Shown: one piece after another, positions 1-9,901 of the stretch
Position numbering within the stretch: position 1 is the stretch's first letter
Layout: every line of letters starts with the position of its first letter
Assembly: GCA_963598975.1 (NCBI GenBank)
Contig: CAVBVU010000001.1
Coordinates: 113 to 64,112 of the forward strand
Source: Anaerovoracaceae bacterium
GTDB taxonomy: Bacteria; Actinomycetota; Actinomycetes; Actinomycetales; Bifidobacteriaceae
Direction: 5' to 3'
Length of the DNA: 64,000 nt
The notes under the pieces: generated by a model
What the model saw: the letters and a program-made list of their open reading frames with translations, nothing else
Databases searched by the model: none
Told to the model about the DNA's origin: nothing
Made by a program: the position numbers and the translations under genes

Positions 1-140
1 TTCGACAGGTTGTGCGGATCCTCGACAGGTTGTGCGGATTTTCAGAGGACAGTGCGGATTCCTGCAATACTCTGCGGATTTTAGGCGAGGTGTGCGGATT
101 CTGAATAGTGTGTGCGGATTTTCGACAGGTTGTGCGGATT
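1..140 (+). repeat. 20-bp-period tandem array (core TGCGGAT(T/C)), 7 units visible, probably truncated by window start
   Basis: Core recurs every 20 nt from ~13 to ~133 with variable intervening bases. Confidence 0.9.
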
Positions 141-226
141 GCCCGCGACCTAGAACCGGCCGAAAACGGTCTTTTAGGGCTAAAAACCGCCGATTTTGAG
201 ACTATCTGGCGGAAAATCCCTATGAT

Positions 227-316
227 GAATCCGCACGAGTCTTCAAAAATCCGCACAGTTGGACAGGAATCCGCACGACCGGCTGAGAATCCGCACGACC
301 GGTCCGGAATCCGCAT
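227..316 (-). repeat. 20-bp-period tandem array in inverted orientation (AATCCGCA), 5 units
   Basis: AATCCGCA at 228, 248, 268, 288, 308; reverse complement of the core at 1-140. Confidence 0.9.
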
Positions 317-360
317 GGTTCGTTTCCCGTGCCACGGATTACGGACGGCCCCTTTACGCA

Positions 361-741
361 TTATGCAAAAGATTCGGAGCACGCGGGTCTTCCCTGCCCC
401 AACCGCAAGAAACAGGCGTATCTTCCGGTTGGGGCTGGTTGCGGACGTGGGTCGTGCCGGCGTGCGAAATCTAAATCGTTGGAATTCCGCCATTTTTGTG
501 TCAAGTGAAGGATTCGGCGCGCGACGACGCATGCCCCTTTTCGACCACAACCAGCAAGATATGGGCGTATCTTCCGGTCTGGGCTGGAATGGATACTGAC
601 CAATCCGACTTCAAAATCATGAATCGTTGGAAAATGGCCGTTTCTGGATCGCATAAGAAACACGGAATACGATGAAGCATAACCCCTTCCGGCCACAAGC
701 CGCGAAATATGGGCGTATCTTTCGGTTGTGGCCGGGATGGG
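361..741 (+). repeat. ~148-bp tandem repeat element (~2.5 units), dispersed family
   Basis: GGCGTATCTT at 415/564/712; AATCGTTGGAA at 474/622; similar units at ~31200, ~41010 and ~54955. Confidence 0.85.
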
Positions 742-1201
742 ATGACATGCTCGTCCGGGGACGCCGTCATGATCCACCCGACGGATCCGGCCGGCGTCCC
801 ATGACGCACGACCTCATCGGGTCATGGAATGTGCGCATCCGCGACATACTGCATCACCACCGGAGTCCGAGCCCGACCCGCCGAATCAAGGCGGTCCGTT
901 GGTAGTGACGCCAACACGGTGGACACCCCAAACCGGCCGGATGGCCTGCAGGCGACGCGCTCGCCGACCAGTGGGTCAGACGGTCCTACGGGCAGGCCCG
1001 GGAGCGCGGCCCGCAGAGCGTGTGCGAGACGTTCGGCATCTCCGACGGGCACGGCGCCGATGTCGGATGGAACGAATTTCGTACCGGTGCGCGGCATTCG
1101 GGCGCCACCGGCTCTAGGGCACGTTTTTGGTCCACGATCCTGCGGCCCGACGGATTCTGTACCCGGCATGCGATGTCCGGACACCACCGAACGGTACGCC
1201 A

Positions 1202-1315
1202 TGGGGCCACAGACGATTTCCTGGACATGCATGAGCATGAAAGGAAATTCACTGTGTACGGAAGAATTCAGAGCCAAGGCCCTTAAAGTCCTGGCCGAAT
1301 GCGACGGAACGTTGG
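1202..1315 (+). mobile_element. Possible degenerate IS3-family left end and transposase N-terminal remnant
   Basis: TGGGGCCACAGACGATTTCCTGGACA resembles an IS3-type terminal IR; followed by RBS-like GAAAGGA and a frame reading TEEFRAKALKVLAECDG, similar to OrfA N-termini; no further transposase. Confidence 0.3.
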
Positions 1316-1360
1316 GATATACGGAATATATCGGAGCGAACGGCATCTGCCGGAATATAC

Positions 1361-1390
1361 AAAAAGGCTGAAACGTCATTGTTTCAACCT
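1361..1390 (-). terminator. Intrinsic terminator after tRNA-Ser
   Basis: AGGCTGAAAC..GTTTCAACCT stem with a T-run on the minus strand. Confidence 0.55.
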
Positions 1391-1395
1391 CGTTG

Positions 1396-1484
1396 TGGCG
1401 GATAAGGCGAGATTCGAACTCGCGGAGGGTGTTGCCCTCACACGCTTTCGAGGCGTGCTCCTTAGACCGCTCGGACACTTATCC
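1396..1484 (-). tRNA. tRNA-Ser(CGA)
   Basis: Reverse complement GGATAAGTGTCCGAGCGG..CACGCCT-CGA-AAGCGTG, long variable arm, GTTCGAATC, CCA end. Confidence 0.95.
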
Positions 1485-1601
1485 ATTCGCTGCTTGCGAA
1501 CAAGCAACTTCACCATTGTGCCACAGCATCGGGGAATGTCAAATCCATGAGGGCGTTGCACCGGCGTGTCGGATTGCTTTTGATTGACGAAAGAGGCTCT
1601 T

Positions 1602-2453
1602 TTATTCGAACAATGCCTCGTCGAAGGTCGGATACCCCCACTCGAACGCCAGTTCCGCGCGGTCGGCGATCAACGACGAAAGTACGGCAAGTGTTTCGCT
1701 TCTTGATTGCTCGTTTGTTGATTGCGATGCCGTACTGCTGGCGACGGCTTCGATTTCGGTCCGCGCGCAATTCATTTCGATGATTGCCGAAGCGGGTGCG
1801 GAGATCCCGTTCGCATCGTCCACCGTGATATCGGAATGCGCGATTAGCTCCGCCGCATCGTAGGTTTTCCGGCGATTGTCGTCCTGACCGGAAAAGGAAA
1901 CCAGCCGCTGCGACGTTGCCTTGTGACGATCGCTGACGTCAAGCGTCACGGAACCTACGGACCGTGCTGCGAGCACCTGCGTGGCGAAACCGGCCTCATC
2001 CTCGACCTGCGCCATCGTGGAAGCCGAATCCGCGTCGATATCCAATGATTCGACCCCGTCGAAACGGGCCAGCGTGACGTCGGACATCTCCATTCCCATC
2101 TGGGACGCCAACGAGTGCGCCACAAATCGTGAATGCGCGGCGTGCATCGTTCCGTCCGTGAATCTGGAGGGGCATTGCGCCGCGGTCTGCTCCCACGCCG
2201 AAGCCGCGTCACGGGCGGCCAGATAGCGGATGATGATGTGCTGGGAAAGATCCGACATGGTCTCGGAATTCGATGTGGCGCTCGAATACGCCTGTTCGCA
2301 GGGGCTCGCCTGCTGTTCGGCCTCCGCACGACCGGAAACACGTGGTGTGGAGCAGGCTGCCGGAACCGTTGCGATCACGCATATGCAGGCCATGGCGTAT
2401 GCTCGCCTGGCCCAAGGCAAAGACGGGCGAAAGGCATGAAAAGGTGTCTGCAT
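1602..2453 (-). CDS. Putative lipoprotein (DUF4439-like)
   Basis: Signal peptide with lipobox-like PAAC; helical body; divergent from nusA. Confidence 0.6.
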   Translation of the reverse strand: MQTPFHAFRPSLPWARRAYAMACICVIATVPAACSTPRVSGRAEAEQQASPCEQAYSSATSNSETMSDLSQHIIIRYLAARDAASAWEQTAAQCPSRFTDGTMHAAHSRFVAHSLASQMGMEMSDVTLARFDGVESLDIDADSASTMAQVEDEAGFATQVLAARSVGSVTLDVSDRHKATSQRLVSFSGQDDNRRKTYDAAELIAHSDITVDDANGISAPASAIIEMNCARTEIEAVASSTASQSTNEQSRSETLAVLSSLIADRAELAFEWGYPTFDEALFE

Positions 2454-2528
2454 GAATCATTAGACTAATCATTGACTGTGACCATTTTGGGCCAAACGCC
2501 GGATAACTTCATATAGGAGGTCTTGAAT

Positions 2529-3566
2529 ATGGAACTGGACCTGGCAGGAATGTACCAGCTTGCAGCTGATCAGGGAATCGACTCCGAGACGTTGAACGCC
2601 GCGCTCTCGGAAGCGTTGCGACTGGCGTATCTGAAAACTCCTCATGCCGCGAAGCACGCTCGCGTGGAACTCGATCAGCGTGCGGGAAGCTTTACCGTTT
2701 GGGCCCAGGACGAGATTCCGGGAGAGCCCACCGAGGAGAATCCGCATCCCGCTCCGACCCTGAGCGAGGAATATGACGACACTCCGCGAGATTTCGGTCG
2801 TTTGGCGGCCGCGACGGCCCGCCAGGTGATCAGCCAGCTGTTCCGCAAGGCCGAGGACGACAAGGTGTTCGGCGCGTTCTCCGGACAGAAGGGCAAGCTG
2901 ATCACCGGCATCGTGCAGCAGGACGTCAAAGACACGGCCAATGTGCATGTGGCGGTCGGTGACGTGGAAGCGTTGCTGCCCCGCCGCGAGCAGGTGCCGG
3001 GCGAACGCTACCGCCACGGCGAGCGCATCCGCGTGTACGTGGTCAACGTCGGACGCGGACTCAAGGGGCCGGAGATCGTCGTCTCCCGCTCCCATCCGGA
3101 GCTGGTGCGCCGCCTGTTCGAGCGTGAGGTGCCGGAACTGGTCTCCGGCGCGGTGTCGATCATGGCGATCGCCCGTGAAGCCGGCGCTCGTACCAAGATC
3201 GCGGTGCGTGCTAATACGGAAGGCGTCAATCCGAAGGGCGCGCTGATCGGCCCGGGCGGCGCTCGCGTGCGTGCGGTCATGGAGAGCCTCGGACCGGAGA
3301 AGATCGATATCGTCGATTGGTCCTCCGATCCCGCAAAGTTCGTCGCGTCCGCACTGTCTCCGGCCGTGGCGACCGGTGTGCAGGTGATCAGCGAAAAGAA
3401 CAAGACCGCGATCGCGTTCATCCACGACGACCAGCTGTCCCTGGCCATCGGCAAGGAAGGTCAGAACGCACGTTTGGCGGCCAAGCTGACCGGTTGGAAG
3501 ATCGGAATCGAATCCGCTGAGGCCCATGCCAAGAAGATGGCGGAATCCAAGGCGCAGACCGTGTAG
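2529..3566 (+). CDS. nusA: Transcription termination/antitermination factor NusA
   Basis: FGRLAAATARQVI, S1 and KH domains, LSLAIGKEGQNARLAAKLTGWKI; RBS AGGAGG at 2515. Confidence 0.97.
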   Translation: MELDLAGMYQLAADQGIDSETLNAALSEALRLAYLKTPHAAKHARVELDQRAGSFTVWAQDEIPGEPTEENPHPAPTLSEEYDDTPRDFGRLAAATARQVISQLFRKAEDDKVFGAFSGQKGKLITGIVQQDVKDTANVHVAVGDVEALLPRREQVPGERYRHGERIRVYVVNVGRGLKGPEIVVSRSHPELVRRLFEREVPELVSGAVSIMAIAREAGARTKIAVRANTEGVNPKGALIGPGGARVRAVMESLGPEKIDIVDWSSDPAKFVASALSPAVATGVQVISEKNKTAIAFIHDDQLSLAIGKEGQNARLAAKLTGWKIGIESAEAHAKKMAESKAQTV

Positions 3567-3590
3567 GAATCCGCCGAATAAACAACGTTT

Positions 3591-3639
3591 CAGCATACTC
3601 GAGCCCGTGGGTGTACAATCCACGGGCTCGAGTATGCTG
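3591..3639. promoter_or_regulatory. Perfect 20-bp stem hairpin between nusA and infB
   Basis: CAGCATACTCGAGCCCGTGG, 9-nt loop, CCACGGGCTCGAGTATGCTG. Confidence 0.7.
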
Positions 3640-3792
3640 GATTCGACAATCCGAAGTATGATGATTCGTTTCGTCATGCCAGGGAAAAGACGAGGTATCA
3701 CGAACATGGTTGCACGATGAGAAAGGCCAAACTCGCCGTGAATCAGTAGAGGTTGCGCACATATGCGCGCGGCCCGGGATAGGAGAAATTGA

Positions 3793-6636
3793 GTGCAGAA
3801 AGCACGCGTATATGAACTTGCCAAGGAACTTGGCGTAGACAGCAAAACCGTTTTGAACAAACTTGAGGCGATGGGCGAATTCGTGAAGTCCGCATCATCC
3901 ACCGTTGAACCTCCGGTCGCCCGTAAGCTGAGGAGCGCATTCGCATCCAACGCGCAGGGCAACGCTTCCGAATCCAAGAAGCCCGCTGCCAAGAAGCCAG
4001 CGGTACCCACTCCGGCCGTGCAGGCACCGGCCGCTCCGAAGCCGGCAGCCAAGCCAGCAGCGGCTAAGCCGGTTGCAGTCAAGCCTGCCGCTCCGAAGCC
4101 GGCCGCGCCGGCATCCCAGGCATCCCGAAACGACGCTCCGAAGCCGGGGCAGCGTCAGGCACGTCCGGGCGACTCCCGCCAGTATGGCAACCGTTCCAAC
4201 GGCAATGCTCCGCGTCCGCAGGCCCCGTCGGCGGATCGTCGCGCATCCGGCAAGCCGGCTCCGGTTCCGGGACCGCATACTCCGCGCAACAATGCCCAGC
4301 AGGGCGGCAACGCGGCCAGCAACGCCAAGCCGCATACTCCGGGTCCGCGTCCGGGCAACAATCCGTTCAGCCGCAAGCAGGGCATGCGCACCCCGACTCC
4401 GGGAGACATTCCGCGTCCTCATCCGATGAATCGTCCGAACGCCAACAACAGCAACGGCGAAGGCCGCCGTGGCGGTCGTCCGGGTCAGGGAACCGGCCAG
4501 CGTGGCGGTTTCCGTGGTCGTCCGGGTCAGGGAACCGGCGCGAAGCCGGGCCAGTGGGGCCAGCATCGTCCGGGACAGGGCGGCGGCCAGCGTCCCGCGG
4601 GCGGTGGCAATCGTTTCGGCGCCGGCAATAACGGCGGCGGTTTCCAGGGTACGAACAACACTTCGAACAACGGTCCGGCACGTGGCGGCGCCCGCGGTCG
4701 CGGCGGCACCGCAGGCGCATTCGGACGTCAGGGCGGAAAGTCTTCGAAGGCACGTAAGAACCGTCTTGCGAAGCGTCAGGAATTCCAAGAGATGAAGGCA
4801 CCGGTCATCGGCGGCGTGCGCATTCCTACCGGCAACGGACAGTCCGTCCGTCTGCGTCAGGGCGCATCCCTTGCCGATCTGGCCGAGAAGATCAACGTCA
4901 ATCCGGCCGCGCTCGTCACCGTGCTGTTCCATCTCGGCGAGATGGCCACGGCCACGCAGTCCCTGGACGAATCCACGTTCCAGATTCTTGGTGAGGAAAT
5001 CGGCTGGGACATCAAGATCGTCTCCGCCGAGGAGGAAGACAAGGAGCTGCTGCAGCAGTTCGACATCAACCTCGACGAGGAAGAGCTGCAGGAGGACGAG
5101 GATCTGAAGCCGCGTCCGCCGGTCGTCACCGTCATGGGCCATGTCGACCACGGTAAGACCCGACTGCTCGACACCATCCGTAGCACCAACGTCATCGACC
5201 GCGAGGCGGGCGGCATCACCCAGCGTATCGGCGCTTACCAGGTGACCGTGGATCTCGAGGGCGAACCCCGCAAGATCACGTTCCTCGATACCCCGGGCCA
5301 CGAGGCCTTCACCGCCATGCGTGCCCGCGGTGCGGAACTCACCGACGTCGCGATCCTGGTCGTCGCGGCAGATGACGGCGTGATGCCGCAGACCATCGAA
5401 GCCGTAAACCACGCACAGGCAGCGAACGTGCCGATCGTGGTGGCCGTGAACAAGATCGACAAGCCCGGCGCGAATCCGGACAAGGTTCGTGGCCAGCTCA
5501 CCGAATACGGCCTGGTTCCGGAAGAATACGGCGGCAACACCATGTTCGTCGACATCTCCGCGAAGCAGGGCCTGAACGTTGACAAGCTGCTCGAAGCCGT
5601 GCTGCTCACCGCCGATGCGGAGCTCGACCTGCGTGCCAATCCGGATATGGATGCCCGCGGCGCCACCGTCGAGGCCCGACTCGACAAGGGCCGCGGCGCC
5701 GTGGCCACCGTGCTGGTTCAGTCCGGTACGCTGCATATCGGCGACGCCATCGTTGCCGGCACATCGTACGGCCGCGTCCGCGCCATGCTCGACGAGAACG
5801 GTACCCAGATGAAGGAAGCCAAGCCGTCCACTCCGGTGCAGGTGCTTGGCCTTACCTCCGTTCCTACGGCAGGCGACCTCTTCCTGGTGGCGTCCGACGA
5901 CCGTACCGCACGTCAGATCGCCGAGAAGCGTCAGGCGACCGAACGCGCGGCCCAGCTGGCCAAGCGCCGCAAGGTCGTTTCCCTTGAGAGCCTCAAGGAG
6001 CAGTTCGCCAAGTCCGAGGTCGACATGCTCAACATCGTCATCAAGGGCGATTCCTCCGGTTCCGTCGAGGCGCTGGAAGATTCCTTGATGAAGATCGAGG
6101 TCTCCGACGAGGTCGGCATCCAGGTGATCCACCGCGGCGTCGGCGCCATCACCCAGAACGACGTCAACCTGGCCACCGTCGACAAGGCCGTCATCATCGG
6201 CTTCAACGTTCGTCCGAACCGTCAGGTGGCGGATCTGGCCGAACGCGAAGGCGTGGAGATCAAGTACTACTCGATCATCTACAAGGCCATCGAAGACATC
6301 GAGGCGTCCCTCAAGGGCATGCTCAAGCCGGAATACGAGGAGGTCGTCACCTCCCACTCCGAGATCCGCGAGATCTTCCGTTCCTCCAAGTTCGGCAACA
6401 TCGCCGGCGTCATGGTGCAGGACGGCGAAGTCAAGCGCGGTACGAAGTGCCGTATCCTGCGCAACGGCATCGCCACCGTCAACGATCTCGAGATCTCCTC
6501 GCTGCGTCGTTTCAAGGATGACGTCAACTCCGTCAAGGAAGGCTACGAGGCCGGCATCAACCTCGGTTCCTTCAACGACATCGAGCTCGGCGACATCATC
6601 GAGACGTTCGAAATGCAGGAAATCGAGCGTAAGTAA
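3793..6636 (+). CDS. infB: Translation initiation factor IF-2
   Basis: [11 protein letters not shown]-terminus, [20 protein letters not shown] GTPase motifs. Confidence 0.98.
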   Translation: MQKARVYELAKELGVDSKTVLNKLEAMGEFVKSASSTVEPPVARKLRSAFASNAQGNASESKKPAAKKPAVPTPAVQAPAAPKPAAKPAAAKPVAVKPAAPKPAAPASQASRNDAPKPGQRQARPGDSRQYGNRSNGNAPRPQAPSADRRASGKPAPVPGPHTPRNNAQQGGNAASNAKPHTPGPRPGNNPFSRKQGMRTPTPGDIPRPHPMNRPNANNSNGEGRRGGRPGQGTGQRGGFRGRPGQGTGAKPGQWGQHRPGQGGGQRPAGGGNRFGAGNNGGGFQGTNNTSNNGPARGGARGRGGTAGAFGRQGGKSSKARKNRLAKRQEFQEMKAPVIGGVRIPTGNGQSVRLRQGASLADLAEKINVNPAALVTVLFHLGEMATATQSLDESTFQILGEEIGWDIKIVSAEEEDKELLQQFDINLDEEELQEDEDLKPRPPVVTVMGHVDHGKTRLLDTIRSTNVIDREAGGITQRIGAYQVTVDLEGEPRKITFLDTPGHEAFTAMRARGAELTDVAILVVAADDGVMPQTIEAVNHAQAANVPIVVAVNKIDKPGANPDKVRGQLTEYGLVPEEYGGNTMFVDISAKQGLNVDKLLEAVLLTADAELDLRANPDMDARGATVEARLDKGRGAVATVLVQSGTLHIGDAIVAGTSYGRVRAMLDENGTQMKEAKPSTPVQVLGLTSVPTAGDLFLVASDDRTARQIAEKRQATERAAQLAKRRKVVSLESLKEQFAKSEVDMLNIVIKGDSSGSVEALEDSLMKIEVSDEVGIQVIHRGVGAITQNDVNLATVDKAVIIGFNVRPNRQVADLAEREGVEIKYYSIIYKAIEDIEASLKGMLKPEYEEVVTSHSEIREIFRSSKFGNIAGVMVQDGEVKRGTKCRILRNGIATVNDLEISSLRRFKDDVNSVKEGYEAGINLGSFNDIELGDIIETFEMQEIERK

Positions 6637-6748
6637 TCGCTTCCTCCGGCAATCAAGCCGTTACGACGAAAGGGAACGCCCACAGCTGACCATGGCTGCG
6701 GGCGTTTCCGCGATAAATCACAAAACTTGAACTCCCGTAAGGAAACCA

Positions 6749-7252
6749 ATGGCAGGAACAAATCCCCGCGCCGCACGCATCGCGGCATTGATCCAGCGAG
6801 TAATCGCTTCCTCCATGGAAGCGCAGCTGCACGATAAGCGCCTCTTCAACGTGACCATCACCGAAGTACGCGTCACCAACGATCTACAGCTCGCCAAAGT
6901 GTACTGGACCCAGCTTGGCCATGACGGGCACGAGCAGGGCGAACGCAAACGCGCTCAGCAGGCGCTCAACCAAGCAAAAGGCCGTCTGCGCTCCTTGGTA
7001 GGTACCAAGGCCGGTCTTCGACTGACCCCGCAGCTCGAATTTATCTTCGACGAAGTGCCGGGCGAGGCTCATGAGATCGAAGACATCCTCGCCATCGCAC
7101 GCAAGCGTGATGAGGAACTCGCCAAAGCACGCGAAAACGCCCAGTACGCGGGCGAAGCCGATCCGTACAAGCATGACGACGATGAATCCGACGAAGATTT
7201 CGAAGACGACGACATCGAAGTCGAAGACTGGGACGATGACGAAGAAGCTTGA
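6749..7252 (+). CDS. rbfA: Ribosome-binding factor A
   Basis: VTITEVRVTNDL, LRLTPQLEF; acidic tail; follows infB. Confidence 0.96.
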   Translation: MAGTNPRAARIAALIQRVIASSMEAQLHDKRLFNVTITEVRVTNDLQLAKVYWTQLGHDGHEQGERKRAQQALNQAKGRLRSLVGTKAGLRLTPQLEFIFDEVPGEAHEIEDILAIARKRDEELAKARENAQYAGEADPYKHDDDESDEDFEDDDIEVEDWDDDEEA

Positions 7253-8324
7253 GCACTCCGGACTGCTGGTCATCGACAAGCCGCAAGGCGTTACCAGCCA
7301 TGATATCGTCGCGGCCGTGCGCGGTGCCCTGCACATGAAACGTGTGGGGCATGCCGGCACGCTCGATCCAATGGCCACGGGCGTGCTGGTGGTCGGATTC
7401 GGCAACGCTACACGTCTGCTCAACTACATCGTGGAGCACGACAAAACCTATCAGGCCACCATCAGGCTCGGCCAGCGCACCACCACCGACGATGCGGACG
7501 GCGAAATCATCGACAGCGGATCGCAGCCGTATGATTTTCCATCCCGAAGCACGGTGGAACAGACGATCGCACGGCATTTCACAGGCCGCATAGAACAGGT
7601 GCCGAACTCGTATTCCGCCATCAAAATCAACGGTCAACGAGCCTATGATCTGGCCCGTGAGGGCAAGGACATCGCACTCAAAGCACGTCCGGTGACCATC
7701 CACGAATTCACCGTGAACGATGTACGGTACGGAAGCACCCTTGCCGGAACGGCAGGCGCTCCCTTGGAAAACACGGCTCGGCTTGAACATGGGGAATCCT
7801 GGCATGCCGGGGAGCCGACGGTAGATTCGGACGGGATCCAGGAACAGAGGAACGAACAGTCGGTCATGGAACTTGACGTGACCGTCACATGCTCGGCGGG
7901 AACCTACATTCGCGCGCTTGCCCGCGATTTGGGCGAGCGGCTCGGATTGGGTGGCCACCTGACCATGTTGCGCAGAACCAGAATCGGCCGTTTCGCGGTT
8001 GACGGAGCGAACGTCATGACCGCACATACGCAGTCGAAGACCTTCACGAACCGTGAAGGCGTGGAAGTGACGCGTAACCGCGCGGTACTCGACGATGCCG
8101 ACCATGCCATCGACCATGCCATCGGTATGGTCGAAAGCGCGGCGGAATCCATGGCCATGCTGCCCGTCAGCGAGCAGGAGGCCAAGGATCTGCGTTTCGG
8201 TCGTAGAATCGCGCACGACATCCACGGCACCACGGCGGCATACGTGGCGGAAACCGATGATCTGGTGGCGATTCTGGAACGCGCCAAAAAAGGCGAGGCG
8301 AAGCCGGTAACGGTTTTCAACTGA
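7236..8324 (+). CDS. truB: tRNA pseudouridine(55) synthase
   Basis: IDKPQGVTSHD, VGHAGTLDPMATG, CSAGTYIRALARD; start inferred, overlapping the rbfA end. Confidence 0.95.
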   Translation: MTKKLEHSGLLVIDKPQGVTSHDIVAAVRGALHMKRVGHAGTLDPMATGVLVVGFGNATRLLNYIVEHDKTYQATIRLGQRTTTDDADGEIIDSGSQPYDFPSRSTVEQTIARHFTGRIEQVPNSYSAIKINGQRAYDLAREGKDIALKARPVTIHEFTVNDVRYGSTLAGTAGAPLENTARLEHGESWHAGEPTVDSDGIQEQRNEQSVMELDVTVTCSAGTYIRALARDLGERLGLGGHLTMLRRTRIGRFAVDGANVMTAHTQSKTFTNREGVEVTRNRAVLDDADHAIDHAIGMVESAAESMAMLPVSEQEAKDLRFGRRIAHDIHGTTAAYVAETDDLVAILERAKKGEAKPVTVFN

Positions 8325-8353
8325 ACGATACGAACACTGTAAAGAAGGACACG

Positions 8354-9571
8354 ATGAAAACGATTACGCTTACGCCCGACGCAAGCGGCATGGTGGATTG
8401 GCCCACTCTGAGCAACGATAAGAAATCCGTGGTGACCATCGGCTCATTCGACGGCATGCATCAGGGCCATCAGGCGGTGATACGCCGGGTGGTGGAGCTT
8501 GCTGAGAAGGAACAGTCGTTCTCCGTGGTGGTGCTGTTCGATCCGCGCCCGGCGTTCGTCCATGGCTACGCGGCCGGACATGACGGCCAGGACCCGGATG
8601 AATGCGAGCTCGACAAGGCCGCATTGACGGGCGTGGACGAAAGATTGCGGACCATCAGCGCCTTTGGCGTGGACTACACGATCATCGTGCGGTATACGAT
8701 GGCGTTCGCCGCGAAATCGTACCGTTTCTTCCTTGGTCAGATGGTCGGCAAGCTTGGCATGCGCGCGTTGGTGCTCGGATCCGACGCGGCGATGGGCGCT
8801 AAGCGTGCGGGCGACGTCAAGGCCATCGAGAACCTTGCGCTGGCCACTGGCGTGTTCCAGCTGGACGTGGTCGACGACCTTGGGCCGGGGGAGACCCGCG
8901 TGCCGACGAATGCCAAACCGACCATGCCTACGGAATACGGTGAGCCCGGCGACCCGCTGCTGAACGCATCCAAGGCCGAACGCAGGGCATGGAGCAAGAA
9001 GAACCAGGCCAAGGCAGTGCGTGTGTGGAGCTCCACGAACGTGCGCTACCTGTTGGGGCAAGGACGAATCAAGGATGCGAACGCGATTCTCGGACACCCC
9101 CATGGCGTGGAAGGCTCCGTGGTGCATGGCGAGGAACGTGGCCGCACCATCGGATTCCCGACCGCGAACCTGAGTGAGAACGTGTCCGGATACCTTCCCG
9201 TCGACGGCGTGTATGCCGGCTGGCTGATTGATCTGGGAACAGCGAAACCGCAGGAAGACAAGCCTGTCGAAGGAATTGGACAGCCGTACGACAGCGCATC
9301 CGTGGACGCGCGTATGACGGAGCACTCGCCATACCGTTGGCCGGCCGCGATCTCCATCGGTACCAAACCGACTTTCAACGAAAACGAGACCGAACTTGAG
9401 CGTGTCGTGGAAGCCTATGCCATCGCCGACGACTGGATTGACCTGTACGACCATCAGGTACGCGTGGAATTCGCGGGATTCATCCGACCCCAAGTCAAAT
9501 TCGAATCGGCGGACGAACTCGCGGACGAGCTTAAGCGCAACGTCGAGGAAACGAAGCGACTCACCGCGTAA
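8354..9571 (+). CDS. ribF: Bifunctional riboflavin kinase/FAD synthetase
   Basis: IGSFDGMHQGH, SSTNVR, GRTIGFPTAN, GVYAG, SIGTKPTF. Confidence 0.95.
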   Translation: MKTITLTPDASGMVDWPTLSNDKKSVVTIGSFDGMHQGHQAVIRRVVELAEKEQSFSVVVLFDPRPAFVHGYAAGHDGQDPDECELDKAALTGVDERLRTISAFGVDYTIIVRYTMAFAAKSYRFFLGQMVGKLGMRALVLGSDAAMGAKRAGDVKAIENLALATGVFQLDVVDDLGPGETRVPTNAKPTMPTEYGEPGDPLLNASKAERRAWSKKNQAKAVRVWSSTNVRYLLGQGRIKDANAILGHPHGVEGSVVHGEERGRTIGFPTANLSENVSGYLPVDGVYAGWLIDLGTAKPQEDKPVEGIGQPYDSASVDARMTEHSPYRWPAAISIGTKPTFNENETELERVVEAYAIADDWIDLYDHQVRVEFAGFIRPQVKFESADELADELKRNVEETKRLTA

Positions 9572-9617
9572 ATCGTTGCGAATGCAAATCGTTGCGAATG
9601 CAAATATCAATCGTTGT
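9571..9617 (+). repeat. Short 16-bp tandem repeat
   Basis: AAATCGTTGCGAATGC x2 plus a partial copy. Confidence 0.6.
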
Positions 9618-9656
9618 AAGCGCAGAACGTAACGTATGCAGAACGCAACGGGTTAT

Positions 9657-9703
9657 AAAATGACGGCCGTGAATCATTGCGATTCGCGGCCGTCATTTAT
9701 TTT
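9657..9703 (+). terminator. Intrinsic terminator after ribF, possibly bidirectional
   Basis: AAATGACGGCCGTGAATC..GATTCGCGGCCGTCATTT followed by T-rich sequence. Confidence 0.75.
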
Positions 9704-9901
9704 CCGATCGTGGAAATCACTTCAGCGTGGGAACGTCGGCGACGCGCAACCGCGAGCCAGCCAACGAACGATTGGTCTTCTGCGAATATTGTTCCGACCA
9801 AGTGGCGAAGTGAAGCCGTTCCATCTCATTCTCCTCGATCGATGAACGGAAATATTATTGCTTATAAAGATTACGGTGCGAAATTATGCCATCTTCCGAA
9901 G

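Noticed and set aside
1..316. CRISPR or coding interpretation of the 20-bp arrays (ORF 108..599)
   Set aside because: The core is only 8-9 nt, the period is not a multiple of 3, and the ORF has no recognisable features.
3895..6357. Long antisense ORFs (also 17940-19601, 31762-33507, 55457-56854, 16048-17859)
   Set aside because: Shadow ORFs opposite high-GC3 housekeeping genes, with no domain motifs.
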